Assembly: GCF_004010195.1 (NCBI RefSeq)
Contig: NC_057718.1
Span: forward strand, 14,708,358-14,728,357
Direction: 5' to 3'
Origin: Chiloscyllium plagiosum
Taxonomy: Eukaryota
DNA: 20,000 nt
The notes under the pieces were generated by a model that saw only the letters and a program-made list of their open reading frames with translations, searched no databases and was not told the origin of the DNA. Positions 11,478 through 20,000 of this stretch are shown here, piece by piece (the first letter of the stretch is position 1; the number at the start of each line of letters is the position of its first letter). The position numbers and the translations under genes were made by a program.

Positions 11478-12000
11478 CATCACTCAGCTTCTCACCTCAT
11501 AACAGCCTTGCCCTAAACCTGGACAAAAGAGCTGAACTCAAGAAGTGAGGCGAGTGACTGCCCTTGACATCAAAGCCAGTTTTGACCAAGTCTGGCACTG
11601 AAGACCCTGAGCAACACTGGAGTCAAACAGGATTGGAGGAGAACTCTCTATTGGTTGGAGTCATACCTGGCACAAAGTAAAACAGTTGTGGTTGTTGGAG
11701 TCAAACATCTTAATGCATGGAATGTACAGTTCTTCAGAGTAGAAATCTAGCACCATACTCTCGATTCTGATCTCCAGCCTCGGGTGCTGCCTGACCTGCT
11801 GTGCTTTTCCAGCACTACACTCTTGACTCTGATCTCCAGCATCTGCAGTCCTCACTTTCTCCTAGCGTCTGAGGCCCAACCATCTTCAACTGCTCCATGA
11901 ATGACCTTACCTCTAACCTAAAGTCAGAAGTGCAGATGTTTGCTGATGAGTGCTACATGTTTGGCACCAGGCACAACTCCTCGGAGACTGAAGCAGTGAA
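11478..12000 (+). mobile_element. RT-region fragment of the CR1/L2-group LINE, interrupted by a short PLE-derived element
   Basis: Reverse complement of about 9390-9780: 'cactcagcttctcacctcataacagccttg...cccttgacatcaaagcc' (ALDIKA motif) and 'atgtttgctgatgag' (FADD-like MFADE). Confidence 0.8.
11749..11863 (+). mobile_element. Short PLE pseudo-LTR-derived element (partial tandem arrangement)
   Basis: Ends in 'ctgatctccagcatctgcagtcctcactttctccta', like the copy at 13418-13571. The agcac...ctgatctccagc block occurs twice. Confidence 0.75.
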
Positions 12001-12004
12001 GAAG

Positions 12005-12155
12005 AGGGGGAGTTTTTTCACTCAGAGGTAGTGAATTTTTAGAATTCTCCACCTCAAGAGAGCTGTAGAATATCAATCATTGAGTATGTTCAAGACAGAG
12101 AAAAATATTAAAGATATCAGTGGATGGGAGAATAATGTGGGAAAATGGTGAACTG
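12005..12155 (+). mobile_element. Degenerate CR1 3' fragment
   Basis: 'ttttttcactcagaggtagtgaatttttagaattctccacctcaagagagctgtaga...tcattgagtatgttcaagacagag', similar to 19000-19090. Confidence 0.6.
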
Positions 12156-12169
12156 GTGGAATTTACTTT

Positions 12170-12455
12170 CTTTGTTCATACTGATTTGTGACCCAGCCCT
12201 AAGTGGCCTGGTGAAGGGGTGGTCTTGAATCACTGCAGTTCTTCCAGTATTTTGACCCAGTAACAATGAAGGAACAGCAATTAAGTCAGAATGATGAGTG
12301 GTTTGGAGGGGAAATTGCAGATGATGGTGTTTCCACGTGTCTGTTACCTTTGTCTTCCTACTCGATAGAGGTTGCAGGCTTGAAAGCTGCTGTCACAGGA
12401 GCCTTGATAAGTTGATGCAGTGCCTCTTGCAAATAGTACATATTGTTACCAGTTA
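12170..12455 (-). mobile_element. Degenerate 3' fragment of the CR1/L2-group LINE
   Basis: Collinear with 8520-8810 ('ttttgacccagtaacaatgaaggaac...ggagccttgataagttgatgcagtgcctcttg'). Confidence 0.7.
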
Positions 12456-12624
12456 TCCAGGCAAGTTTGGCAGTTAGCTGTTAGTCATCATTAACTGTTG
12501 TGTTCACCATGGAAATGCTTCTACCAGTTCAGGTCCACCTGTCAACCATTCCGCACCCTCCTTTCATACAGTATAAATATTGTTTTCTCTCGTGAGTTGT
12601 CCTGATGAGTGAAACAAAATAGGT

Positions 12625-12985
12625 TCGAACAAAGGACGGAGCAAATTACTGCAGATGCTGGCATCTGGACTGAAAACAACAAATGCTGGAGATCACCGCA
12701 AGTCAGGCAGCATCCATGGAGAGAAAGCAAGCTAACGCTTTGAGTCTCGACACCTCCTCCTCAGAGCTGGTGAAGTGTGGAGGGAACAGTATTTATGCAA
12801 TAGTTTGGGGTGGGTGGTTGGAGCGCTGGGTGAGAAAGGATGTTGATAGTTCGGACTAAATGATCGGAATGTGAGAATAGCACAACAATGCTGTGTTTAA
12901 CTCCCGGACCGGAAAGAACAGATACTCCCACTGGAGTGAGGGAGAGAGAGAGAGGACATGGTGACAGAGAATATAGCAGATTCTT
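12625..12985 (-). mobile_element. PLE pseudo-LTR / 3' end fragment
   Basis: 'actgcagatgctggcatctggactgaaaacaacaaatgctggagatc...agtcaggcagcatccatggagagaaagcaagctaacg' is followed by purine-rich sequence, the same layout as 16777-17080. Confidence 0.65.
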
Positions 12986-13344
12986 CAGATTGGGTGGAGC
13001 TTAACATACTCCCCAGCATTAACCCTTTCAGACCATTACTGCATACAACAACAAGTTCTATGGGATTTGAGTGAGAATGCTTTGGGGCTTTTATTTATAA
13101 TGGAAGGTTTTCCAAAGAACAAACACCATCTCATCCAGGTTTGGGAGACAATTAACACCAATACAATTAACATCAGCATGGGCCATTAAATGTTACACTT
13201 TTTCTTTTAATTCCCCAGAGACATCACTCTCAAAGCTGTGACTGGAGTTTTACTCTGAGAGTGCCAACCCCATGTAAATGACCCTTTCTTTGTTGCATTA
13301 TCTGATCACTTTTTGGTTTCATAGAAGCCAGAAACTTAGTCCAG

Positions 13345-13625
13345 ATTCTGATAAAAAGACATTGATCTGAAAAGACAACTCTGTTTCTCTTTCTCTCCCT
13401 GACCTGTTGAGATGTTGCTTAAAAATGTGTTGCTGGAAAAGGGCTGAAGAAGGGCTTATGCCCGAAACATCGATTCTCCTGTTCCTTTGATGCTGCCTGA
13501 CCTGCTGCGCTTTTCCAGTAACATATTTTTAAGCTCCGATCTCCAGCATCTGCAGTCCTCACTTTCTCCTATTGTGATGTTGTCCGTTTTCTGCTTTCAT
13601 TTCAGATTCCCCTCATCCGCAGTGT
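13345..13625 (+). mobile_element. Older short PLE-derived element containing a nested younger one (13418-13571)
   Basis: Outer element: 'tctgataaaagacattgatctgaaaagacaactctgtttctct...gacctgttgag' / 'ttttctgctttcatttcagattcc...catccgcagt'. The inner element is flanked by ttgagatgttg (13407-13417) and ttgtgatgttg (13572-13582). Confidence 0.7.
13444..13471 (+). ncRNA. Minimal type I hammerhead ribozyme core motif within a PLE-derived element
   Basis: CTGAAGA-A-GGGC-TTAT-GCCC-GAAA-CATC: conserved CUGANGA and GAAA boxes around a 4-bp stem II. Sister copies read GAAACGTC. Confidence 0.6.
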
Positions 13626-14689
13626 TGGCTGCTTGGGCCATGTTCTGTGATTAATATACTTAGCCCCCTAATACAAGTCTGCAAACATATCAAGCCGCTG
13701 TCCAGTTACACTGTCCGTCTCCTGATCACTTGTCTGCTCTGACCTTGCAGAACACACAAAGAAACACTCAAATTAACCTCGACTTCTGCACCTCTGCACA
13801 TAAAGCTCGATATTAGCTCCCTTGTTGTGATTATCTTTCTGTTCCAGTTGACACATCTCCTCATCTGTGACTTCACAAGTATAGCCCTGTTGAAGCTCAG
13901 GTTTCTGAAGTGCCTTGACCTCAGTACAGAGCGATGACTGAAACTCAGCCAGGGTACAATTTTCTCTTTGAAAGCCTGTTTCCTTTGGGGTTGGCAATTA
14001 AGTTATCAAACCAACAAAACATAAGCGACCGGCTTTTGCAAAGCTCAGGACTGAGAAGCAGGAATGGGTGGGTTACAACCACACAGTGACAGGCGATTGC
14101 TGCAATTGTTCTTCTGGCAATCTGGTCATTTTGTTCAGGAAACAAAACTCAGAAACACAGCGATGTATTGGGTGATCGGAGCATCTGCATCCAGCAGGCC
14201 CCAGGAAGTAATGGGAATTATCAGCCACCCTGAACTCTCTCATTCTGAACACTGACAGCCCTCTGAGCCTCAGGAAGGTGCTGACCCATCCAGGTGCTTC
14301 TCCCCACTGCCCACCCTTCCCATCAGCCTCAGATCCAGAATAAATCCCCTTTCTCACAGCTCAGCCCAACAAAACCCTCAAAGATCCTGAAGCAGTCAAT
14401 AATCTCCTCTGGTCGAGATCCTACTTGCTTGGCGCAAAATCACTAAACATCGTGGTTCCAGGAAATCCACAGATTAATAAAACACCACATGACCACCTCC
14501 TCCTCACTCCATACCCTCAGTGTGAACTATCCAAAGGTTTGGAATTATCAAGAGGTGTCAAGCCTAGCTACAAAACTGTCAGGGCAAGAAAGTGGGAAAT
14601 GTGTGACTTCTGTAAGAAAACAGCTCCCTCCCTTGGTTGCTGGAAATATCACAAAGAGAGGTGCATTGAAGACACACAAGGAGGGAAAA

Positions 14690-15097
14690 CGCATGCATTT
14701 ATATAGAACCTTTCACACCTTGCCACAGCACTTTACAGCCAGTGAAGGACTCTTGGAAGTGCGGTTAGTGTCGTAATTTAGAGAAAGTAGCAGCTAGTTT
14801 GTGCATAGAAAGCTCCCACAAGTAGCAATATATTGTGCTTTTGTAATATTGGGAAGTAAGTATTGGTCAGGGCACCGGCAATAACTCCTCCCACTACACC
14901 TCAATTGTGGGACTTCTATCGGACAAAGAGGGTAACGAATTAACATTGGATGTGAAAAAGAGCATCTCTGAAATTTCCTCTCAGGGTTTTGCAAGGCCAG
15001 CCGAGATTCTGTGCACCACCTTCGGTGAGTGTGGCTTGAACCCCACAATGTCTGCCAGGAGCTGATAGCGCTGCCAACTAAACCAGCACTGCCAACC
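14690..15097 (-). mobile_element. Old, near full-length DeuSINE/SacSINE1-like SINE
   Basis: The minus strand has a tRNA-like head (TGGTTTAGTTGG; GGGTTCAAGCC), a degenerate Deu-like centre and an L2-like tail (AAAGGTTCTATATAAATGCATGC). Confidence 0.65.
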
Positions 15098-15257
15098 AAG
15101 AGGCCAAAACTCCGTTTTGGGCACTTTCACTCCATTCACTCAGGATTGATCGTCAGTCGGTTTTCTCAGCTGCAGCCCCCCTGACTTGTATTGAAACTGT
15201 TGCTGCATTGTTCCTTCCATGCTCATAAGTCCTCAGTATTTTGGAAAGAGAAGTGCA

Positions 15258-15275
15258 GAGAGAGAGAGAGAGAGA
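15258..15275. repeat. (GA)n microsatellite
   Basis: Direct reading: gagagagagagagagaga. Confidence 0.9.
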
Positions 15276-15454
15276 CAGGGCTATGCACAAACCAAATGGA
15301 CTTTTAAATCATCACCCACTACTCCCTAGCTCACACCTTAGCCCAACCTCCTCTGCCCTTTTCCCAGTTTAACAGCATCTCAAGGTCAAAGACACGAGAA
15401 CAGGAAGAAAGCTCAAGCAGGCACACAATGCCTCATTGACCAAGGTCTGACCAA

Positions 15455-15904
15455 CCAACGAGCTTTTGATAAAGCCATGCATAGGAGACTGATTGTGAAG
15501 GGAAGAGCCGTCGGATCAAAAGAAACTTGGCAAATCGAATCCAGAATTGGCTGTGGCAGGAAGCAAAGAGTTGAGGGATGCTTTTGTGACTGGAAGCCTG
15601 TGTCCAGTGGGGCTCTGAAGGGATCAGTGTTGGGCCCTTTGCTGTTGGTGGTATATATGAATGCTTCAGACTTGAATGTAGGAGGGTTGATCAGTAAATT
15701 CATGGATGATATGAAAACTGTGGGAATGTAAATGGTTAGGAGGATAGCTTTAGATTACAGGAAGACATAGATAAGCTGGTTAGACGGGCTGATCAGTGGC
15801 AAATGGAATGCAGTTCGGATAAATGAGAAGGGATGCACTTGGACAGGACAAATAAGGCAGAAGCAGAGTTCTGAGGGATCTTGATGTGCATGTGCTGGTC
15901 CCTT
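15455..15904 (+). mobile_element. CR1 (HER1-like) LINE RT region, left part of a split element
   Basis: Peptide WKPVSSGALKGSVLGPLLLVVYMNASDLNVGGLISKFMDD is a degenerate GVPQGSVLGPLLF...KFADD. It ends in the RDLGV-like 'agggatcttgatgtgcatgtg'. Confidence 0.9.
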
Positions 15905-16423
15905 CCTATCATTATGAAGCCGAATTCACCAAACGTTGGATTGTTCACCCACTAATAGGGAACGTGAGCTGGGATTAGACCGTCGTGAGACTGGTTAGTT
16001 TTACCCAACTGATGTTGTGTTGTTGCAATAGTAATCCTGCTCAGTACGAGAGGAACTGCAGATTCAGACATTTGGTGTATGTGCTTGGCTGAGGAGCCAA
16101 TGGTGCGAAGCTACCATCTGTGGGATTATGACTGAACGCCTCTAAGTCAGAATCCTGCCTAAATGTAACGATACCCTAGCGCCGTGGATCACTGGTTGGC
16201 CTAGGATAACCGACTCCGGTCGGTGCGTATCGCCATTCGATTCTGGTCTGGAGTGCGGCGGTATGGGCGCCGCCTCTCTCCTTTACTTGCACCTCATGTT
16301 CATGGGGAACCTGGTGCTAAATCATTTGTAGATGACCTGATTCTAGCTCAGGGTTTCGTAAGTAGCAGAGCAGCTACCTCGCTGCGATCTATTGAAAGTC
16401 GTCCCTCGAGCCAACCTTTTGTT
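15902..16423 (+). pseudogene. 28S rRNA: 28S rRNA 3'-terminal fragment (dispersed retrocopy) followed by A9
   Basis: Matches eukaryotic LSU rRNA from 'cttcctatcatt...ggattgttcacccactaatagggaacgtgagctgg' through the sarcin-ricin loop AGTACGAGAGGAAC (16043-16056) to the mature 3' end 'gcgatctattgaaagtc..ccctcga...ttttgt'. Substitutions occur at normally conserved sites, and no other rDNA flanks it. Confidence 0.95.
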
Positions 16424-16434
16424 AAAAAAAAAGT

Positions 16435-16755
16435 GGGCGGCACGGTGGCACAGTGGTTAGCACTGCTGCCTCACAGCGCCTGAGACCCGGGTTCAATTCC
16501 CGCCTCAGGCAACTGACTGTGTGGAGTTTGCACATTCTCCCTGTGTCTGCGTGGGTTTCCTCCGGGTGCTCCGGTTTCCTCCCACAGTCCAAAGATGTGC
16601 AGGTCAGGTGAATTGGCCATGCTAAATTGCCCGTAGTGTTAGGTAAAGGGTAAATGTAGGGGCATGGGTGGGTTGCACTTCGGCGGGTCGGTGTGGACTT
16701 GTTGGGCCGAAGGGCCTGTTTCCATGCTGTAATGTAATGTAACGTAATCTAATCT
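16435..16755 (+). mobile_element. HE1-type V-SINE, full length and young-looking
   Basis: Box A TGGCACAGTGG (16446-16456), box B GGTTCAATTCC (16490-16500), many retained CpGs, tail GGGCCGAAGGGCCTGTTTCC followed by (TAATG/TAATC)n. Confidence 0.95.
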
Positions 16756-16769
16756 AATGTAACACACTT

Positions 16770-18570
16770 GGTTCGAGATTAAAATAAAGCTGCAGATGCT
16801 GGAATCCAAAGTGGACAGGCAGAAGGCTGGAAGAATGCAGCAATTTCAAGGTGTAACTCTCCTTCAGGACTGGGGGTGAGTGTGGGGGAACTGCAGATAA
16901 AGGGGGTGATGGGGGCAGGGTGGTGAAATTGGGATCGGTGAAGACAGGTACAACCTGGTTGGTCAATGGGAGGAATGAATGTGGTAAGTGGCTGGGAGCA
17001 GTGGGAGGAGGGGGAGGGGCTGGGAAGGGAGTCGGGGATGGGGAGGGAGGTTAATTGAAATTGGAAAACTCAATGTTGAGCCCTCTCCCCCTTAGTTCAG
17101 GACCAAACTCATCTCATCCTACCATTCCCTAGCCCTTAGTTCAGGCACTTCCCATCTACATCTGTGACTCCAACCACACTCTCCATATCTTCAGCAACTT
17201 CCAGCTCCCCAGCCCACAGCACTTCCTCTTTCCTATGGACGTGCAGTCCTTATACACATCAACACCCACAAGGATGGCCTCCAGGCCCTCCACTTCTTCC
17301 TCTCCAATAGACCCATCCTGTCCCCCTCCATCAGTACCCTCCCTCACCTCACTGAACTGGTCTTCATCCTCATTAACGTTTCCTTTAACTCCTCACATTT
17401 CCTCCAAATCAAAGGGGTGGCCATGAGTACGTGAATGGGCCCCAGATACGCCTGCCTCTTTGTCAGCGATGCCGAACTGTACCTACACAGGCACTGTGAC
17501 CCAACTCTTCCACCACTACATCGATGACTGCATGGGTGCAGCGTTCTGCACCCAGGCTGAACTGGAGCAGTTCATTGACTTGGACCACAACTTCCACCCC
17601 GTCCTCAAATTCACTTGGTCCATCTCAGACACCTTCCTCCCCTTTCTTGACCTCACCATTATCATCTCCGGTGACAGTCTCCAGAGAGACATTTACTACA
17701 AACCCACAGATTCCCATAACTACCTGGACTACACCTCCTCCCACCCAATATCCTGCAAGAACTCCATCCCGTTCTCCCAATTCCTCTGCCTCCACCACAT
17801 CTCCTCAGACAAGGAGACATTCCACTCCCAAGCATCGAATATCTCTCCCCCCTCCCCCCTTTCTGCCTTACGCAGGGAGCATTCCCTCCGACAGTCCTTG
17901 GTTCACGCCACCCCTGCCACCAACCCCCAAGCACCTTCCCCTGCAACCGGAAAAAATGCAAAACCTGCCAGTACACCATACCCCTCACCTCCATCCAGGT
18001 CCCCAAACAGTCCTTCCAGCTGAGACAGAGGTTCACCCGCCTCTCTTCCAACCTAGTTTACAACTGTTAAGGAATGATTCACCGAGCATCGCAGCCAGGC
18101 CCATAGGGGCCAAACAGCCTCCCCAGTCATCGTTCATTTTAATTCCTCCAACCACTTCCTTTCCAACATGATCATCCTTGGCCTCCTCCATTGTCTAAAC
18201 AAACCACAACTCCTACTGGAGGAACAACACCGTATCATCCACCTGAGCAGCCTACAGCCCGGAAGACTCAACATTGAGTTCTCCAATTTCAATTAACCTC
18301 CCTCCCCATCTCCCAAGTCCCCTTCCAGCCCCTCCCCCTTCCTTCCACTGCTCCCTGCCACCAACCGGATTCATTCCTCCCATTGACCAACCAGGTCGTA
18401 CCCCTCTACCTGTCTTCACCTGTCACCACATCACCACCATGCCCCCACTACCTCCTTTATCTGCAGCTTACCCTATACCGACCCCCAATCCTGAGGAAGG
18501 GTTACACCCAAAACGTTGACTTCTGCACTTCCTGGTGTGCTCTGTTCTTCCAGCCTCCTGCCTGTCTACC
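16770..18570 (+). mobile_element. 5'-truncated Penelope-like element (Neptune-type): inverted pseudo-LTR + RT + remnant GIY-YIG endonuclease + pseudo-LTR
   Basis: RT motifs MDVQSLYTS, QIKGVAMST*MGPRYACLFV, HYIDDC, LPFLDL and YYKPTDSHNYLDYTSSHP. Linker CNRKKCKTC from 17942, then NLVY, and C-terminal LEEQH...LQPGRLNIEF. About 16805-17080 is an inverted copy of about 18267-18568. Confidence 0.9.
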
Positions 18571-19233
18571 CTTAATGTAACACAACAGGCAGATAAAGTG
18601 GTTAAGACAACATTTGGAATAGTAGCCTTTATTTGCTAACACATAGATGTTAAGGGGAGAAAGGTGATGCTGGAACTGTATAAATCATTGGTTATGCCAC
18701 CGCTAGAGTATTGTGTGCAGTTCCAGAAACCACATTATAGGAGGGATGGGACAGTGGGTGTAGAGGAGATTTACCAGGATGTTGCCTGGGCTGGAGAGTC
18801 TCAGTTTTTGAAGAGAGCTTGGACAGACTGGGGTTGATTTCATGAGAGCAGAGGAAACCGAGAGGGGCAGGGACCTGAGGGTAGACATCAAAAAACATTT
18901 CTTCTTGGTGGAGGGATCAATGACCCTTGGTGGAGGGGTCATGGTTCCCATAGTTTTAAGGGAAGCGGTAGGAGATATACAGGAGATGTGAGGAGAAGAC
19001 TTTTTCATCTCGAGGCTATTGGGAATCTGAAACTCACTTGCCTGTCAGGGGGTTGGAGGCAGAAACCTTCAGAACATTGAAGAAGTATTTAGATGTGACC
19101 ATGTGATGCGAAGGTATACAAGGCTATGAGCGATGTGCTGAGAGGTGGGATTAGAACAGTTCGGTAGTTGTTCTGACTGGTGCAGACTTGATGGTACAAA
19201 GGGACTGTTTCTGTGCGATAGATCTCGATGACT
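18569..19233 (+). mobile_element. CR1 (HER1-like) LINE, right part and 3' end of the split element
   Basis: Continues ORF2 (QQADKVVK...MLELYKSLVMPPLEYCVQFQKPHYRRD) to a 3' end 'aaagggactgtttctgtgc...atgactc'. Confidence 0.85.
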
Positions 19234-19239
19234 CTTCAC

Positions 19240-19420
19240 CACTGTCCCTTTGTCACTGAATCTCTCCTGCTATCCACCCAATCACACCCTCCCGTTTTTG
19301 TCCTTGACCTCACATCTTCCCCCACTCTCCACTCTTCCTGGTCTTTATGAAATATCATCCACATGAAGCATTCCCTCAGCTTTTCTCTCCACAGATGCTT
19401 CCAGCATTTCCTGTTGTTAG
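19240..19420 (+). mobile_element. Degenerate PLE pseudo-LTR fragment
   Basis: Pyrimidine-rich segment ending 'ttttctctccacagatgcttccagcatttcctg'. Confidence 0.5.
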
Positions 19421-19529
19421 TTGGATCTGTGGCTCCGAGTTGGAATCGTTCACCAATTGCTGTTAGTTTGGCATCATTCTCAATGTAAAATGTGGTTTGA
19501 TAGTGCTCTGATGAAGCAACTTTACTACA

Positions 19530-19872
19530 TCAACTGTATTCATCTAACGCCTTTTCTCAGGTGAATTGTAAAGCAAAGTTTAACACTGAACCACAGGAAC
19601 AGATATGAGGTAGGTGACCAAAACCTTAAACCAAGAAGCAGGGTTAAGGAGCCCCTAAAAGTGAGGTAGATCATAGAAACATAGGAAGAAGGGTCAGCCA
19701 TTCAGCCCCTTGAGCCTGCTCTGTCAGCTAATGGCTGGTGTCTGGCCTAACTCAATTTGCCTGTCTTTGGCCCATATCCCTTAATACCTCTGCCTAACAA
19801 AACTTTATCTTAATAGGCTTAAAATGAACAATGAAGGTGAGGGAGGATCCCAAAACCTAGAGCCTGGGCACT
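19530..19872 (-). mobile_element. L2-type 3' fragment interrupted by a CR1 3' end (about 19670-19830)
   Basis: 'aggtgaccaaaaccttaaaccaagaagcagggttaaggag' is the reverse complement of an L2-like tail similar to 5790/6170. The inner 'catagaaacatagg...gccattcagccccttgagcctgctctg' is a CR1 3' end. Confidence 0.55.
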
Positions 19873-19879
19873 ACCAGCA

Positions 19880-20000
19880 ACATCTGGATCAGTGGTGCTG
19901 GAAGAGCACAGCAATTCAGGCAGCATCCAACGAGCAGCGAAATCGACGTTTCGGGCAAAAGCCCTTCAGGAATAAAGGCAGAGAGCCTGAAGCGTGGAGA
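19880..20000 (-). mobile_element. PLE pseudo-LTR-derived element running off the window end, with a hammerhead-like core
   Basis: The minus strand reads CCTGAAGGGCTTTTGCCCGAAACGTCGATT...GATGCTGCCTGAATTGCTGTGCTCTTCCAGCACCAC, homologous to the 3868 and 13418 copies. Confidence 0.8.

Noticed and set aside
15902..16423. Functional rDNA unit or R2-element insertion site
   Set aside because: Only the 3' ~520 nt is present, conserved positions are mutated, no ETS/ITS flanks it, and the R2 target (TTAAGGTAGCCA) lies upstream of the retained segment.
16435..16505. tRNA gene
   Set aside because: The box A/B head continues directly into the SINE body and tail, so it is the HE1 head.
17524..18171. 215-aa Ser/Pro/Thr-rich ORF as a host gene
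   Set aside because: It is an alternative frame of the C-rich PLE RT region.

Overview
Repeat-dense, non-coding vertebrate genomic DNA, almost certainly from a shark: it carries HE1/V-type tRNA-SINEs, CR1 (HER1-like) and L2-group LINEs, Deu-domain and Meta-domain SINE-like copies, and Penelope-like elements (PLEs). No host protein-coding gene is confidently identifiable, and most listed ORFs are decayed retroelement fragments or chance ORFs. The most notable structure is a nested insertion at about 15.4-19.2 kb. A CR1 LINE is split by a Neptune-type PLE with an inverted pseudo-LTR. Inside the left target-site duplication of that PLE sits a chimeric retrocopy made of the 3'-terminal ~520 nt of 28S rRNA, an A9 tract and a full-length HE1 SINE. 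Several short PLE-derived elements across the window carry minimal hammerhead-ribozyme core motifs (CTGANGA-stem II-GAAACGTC). Repeat family names come from recognising the sequence by eye, not from database searches, and boundaries are approximate.
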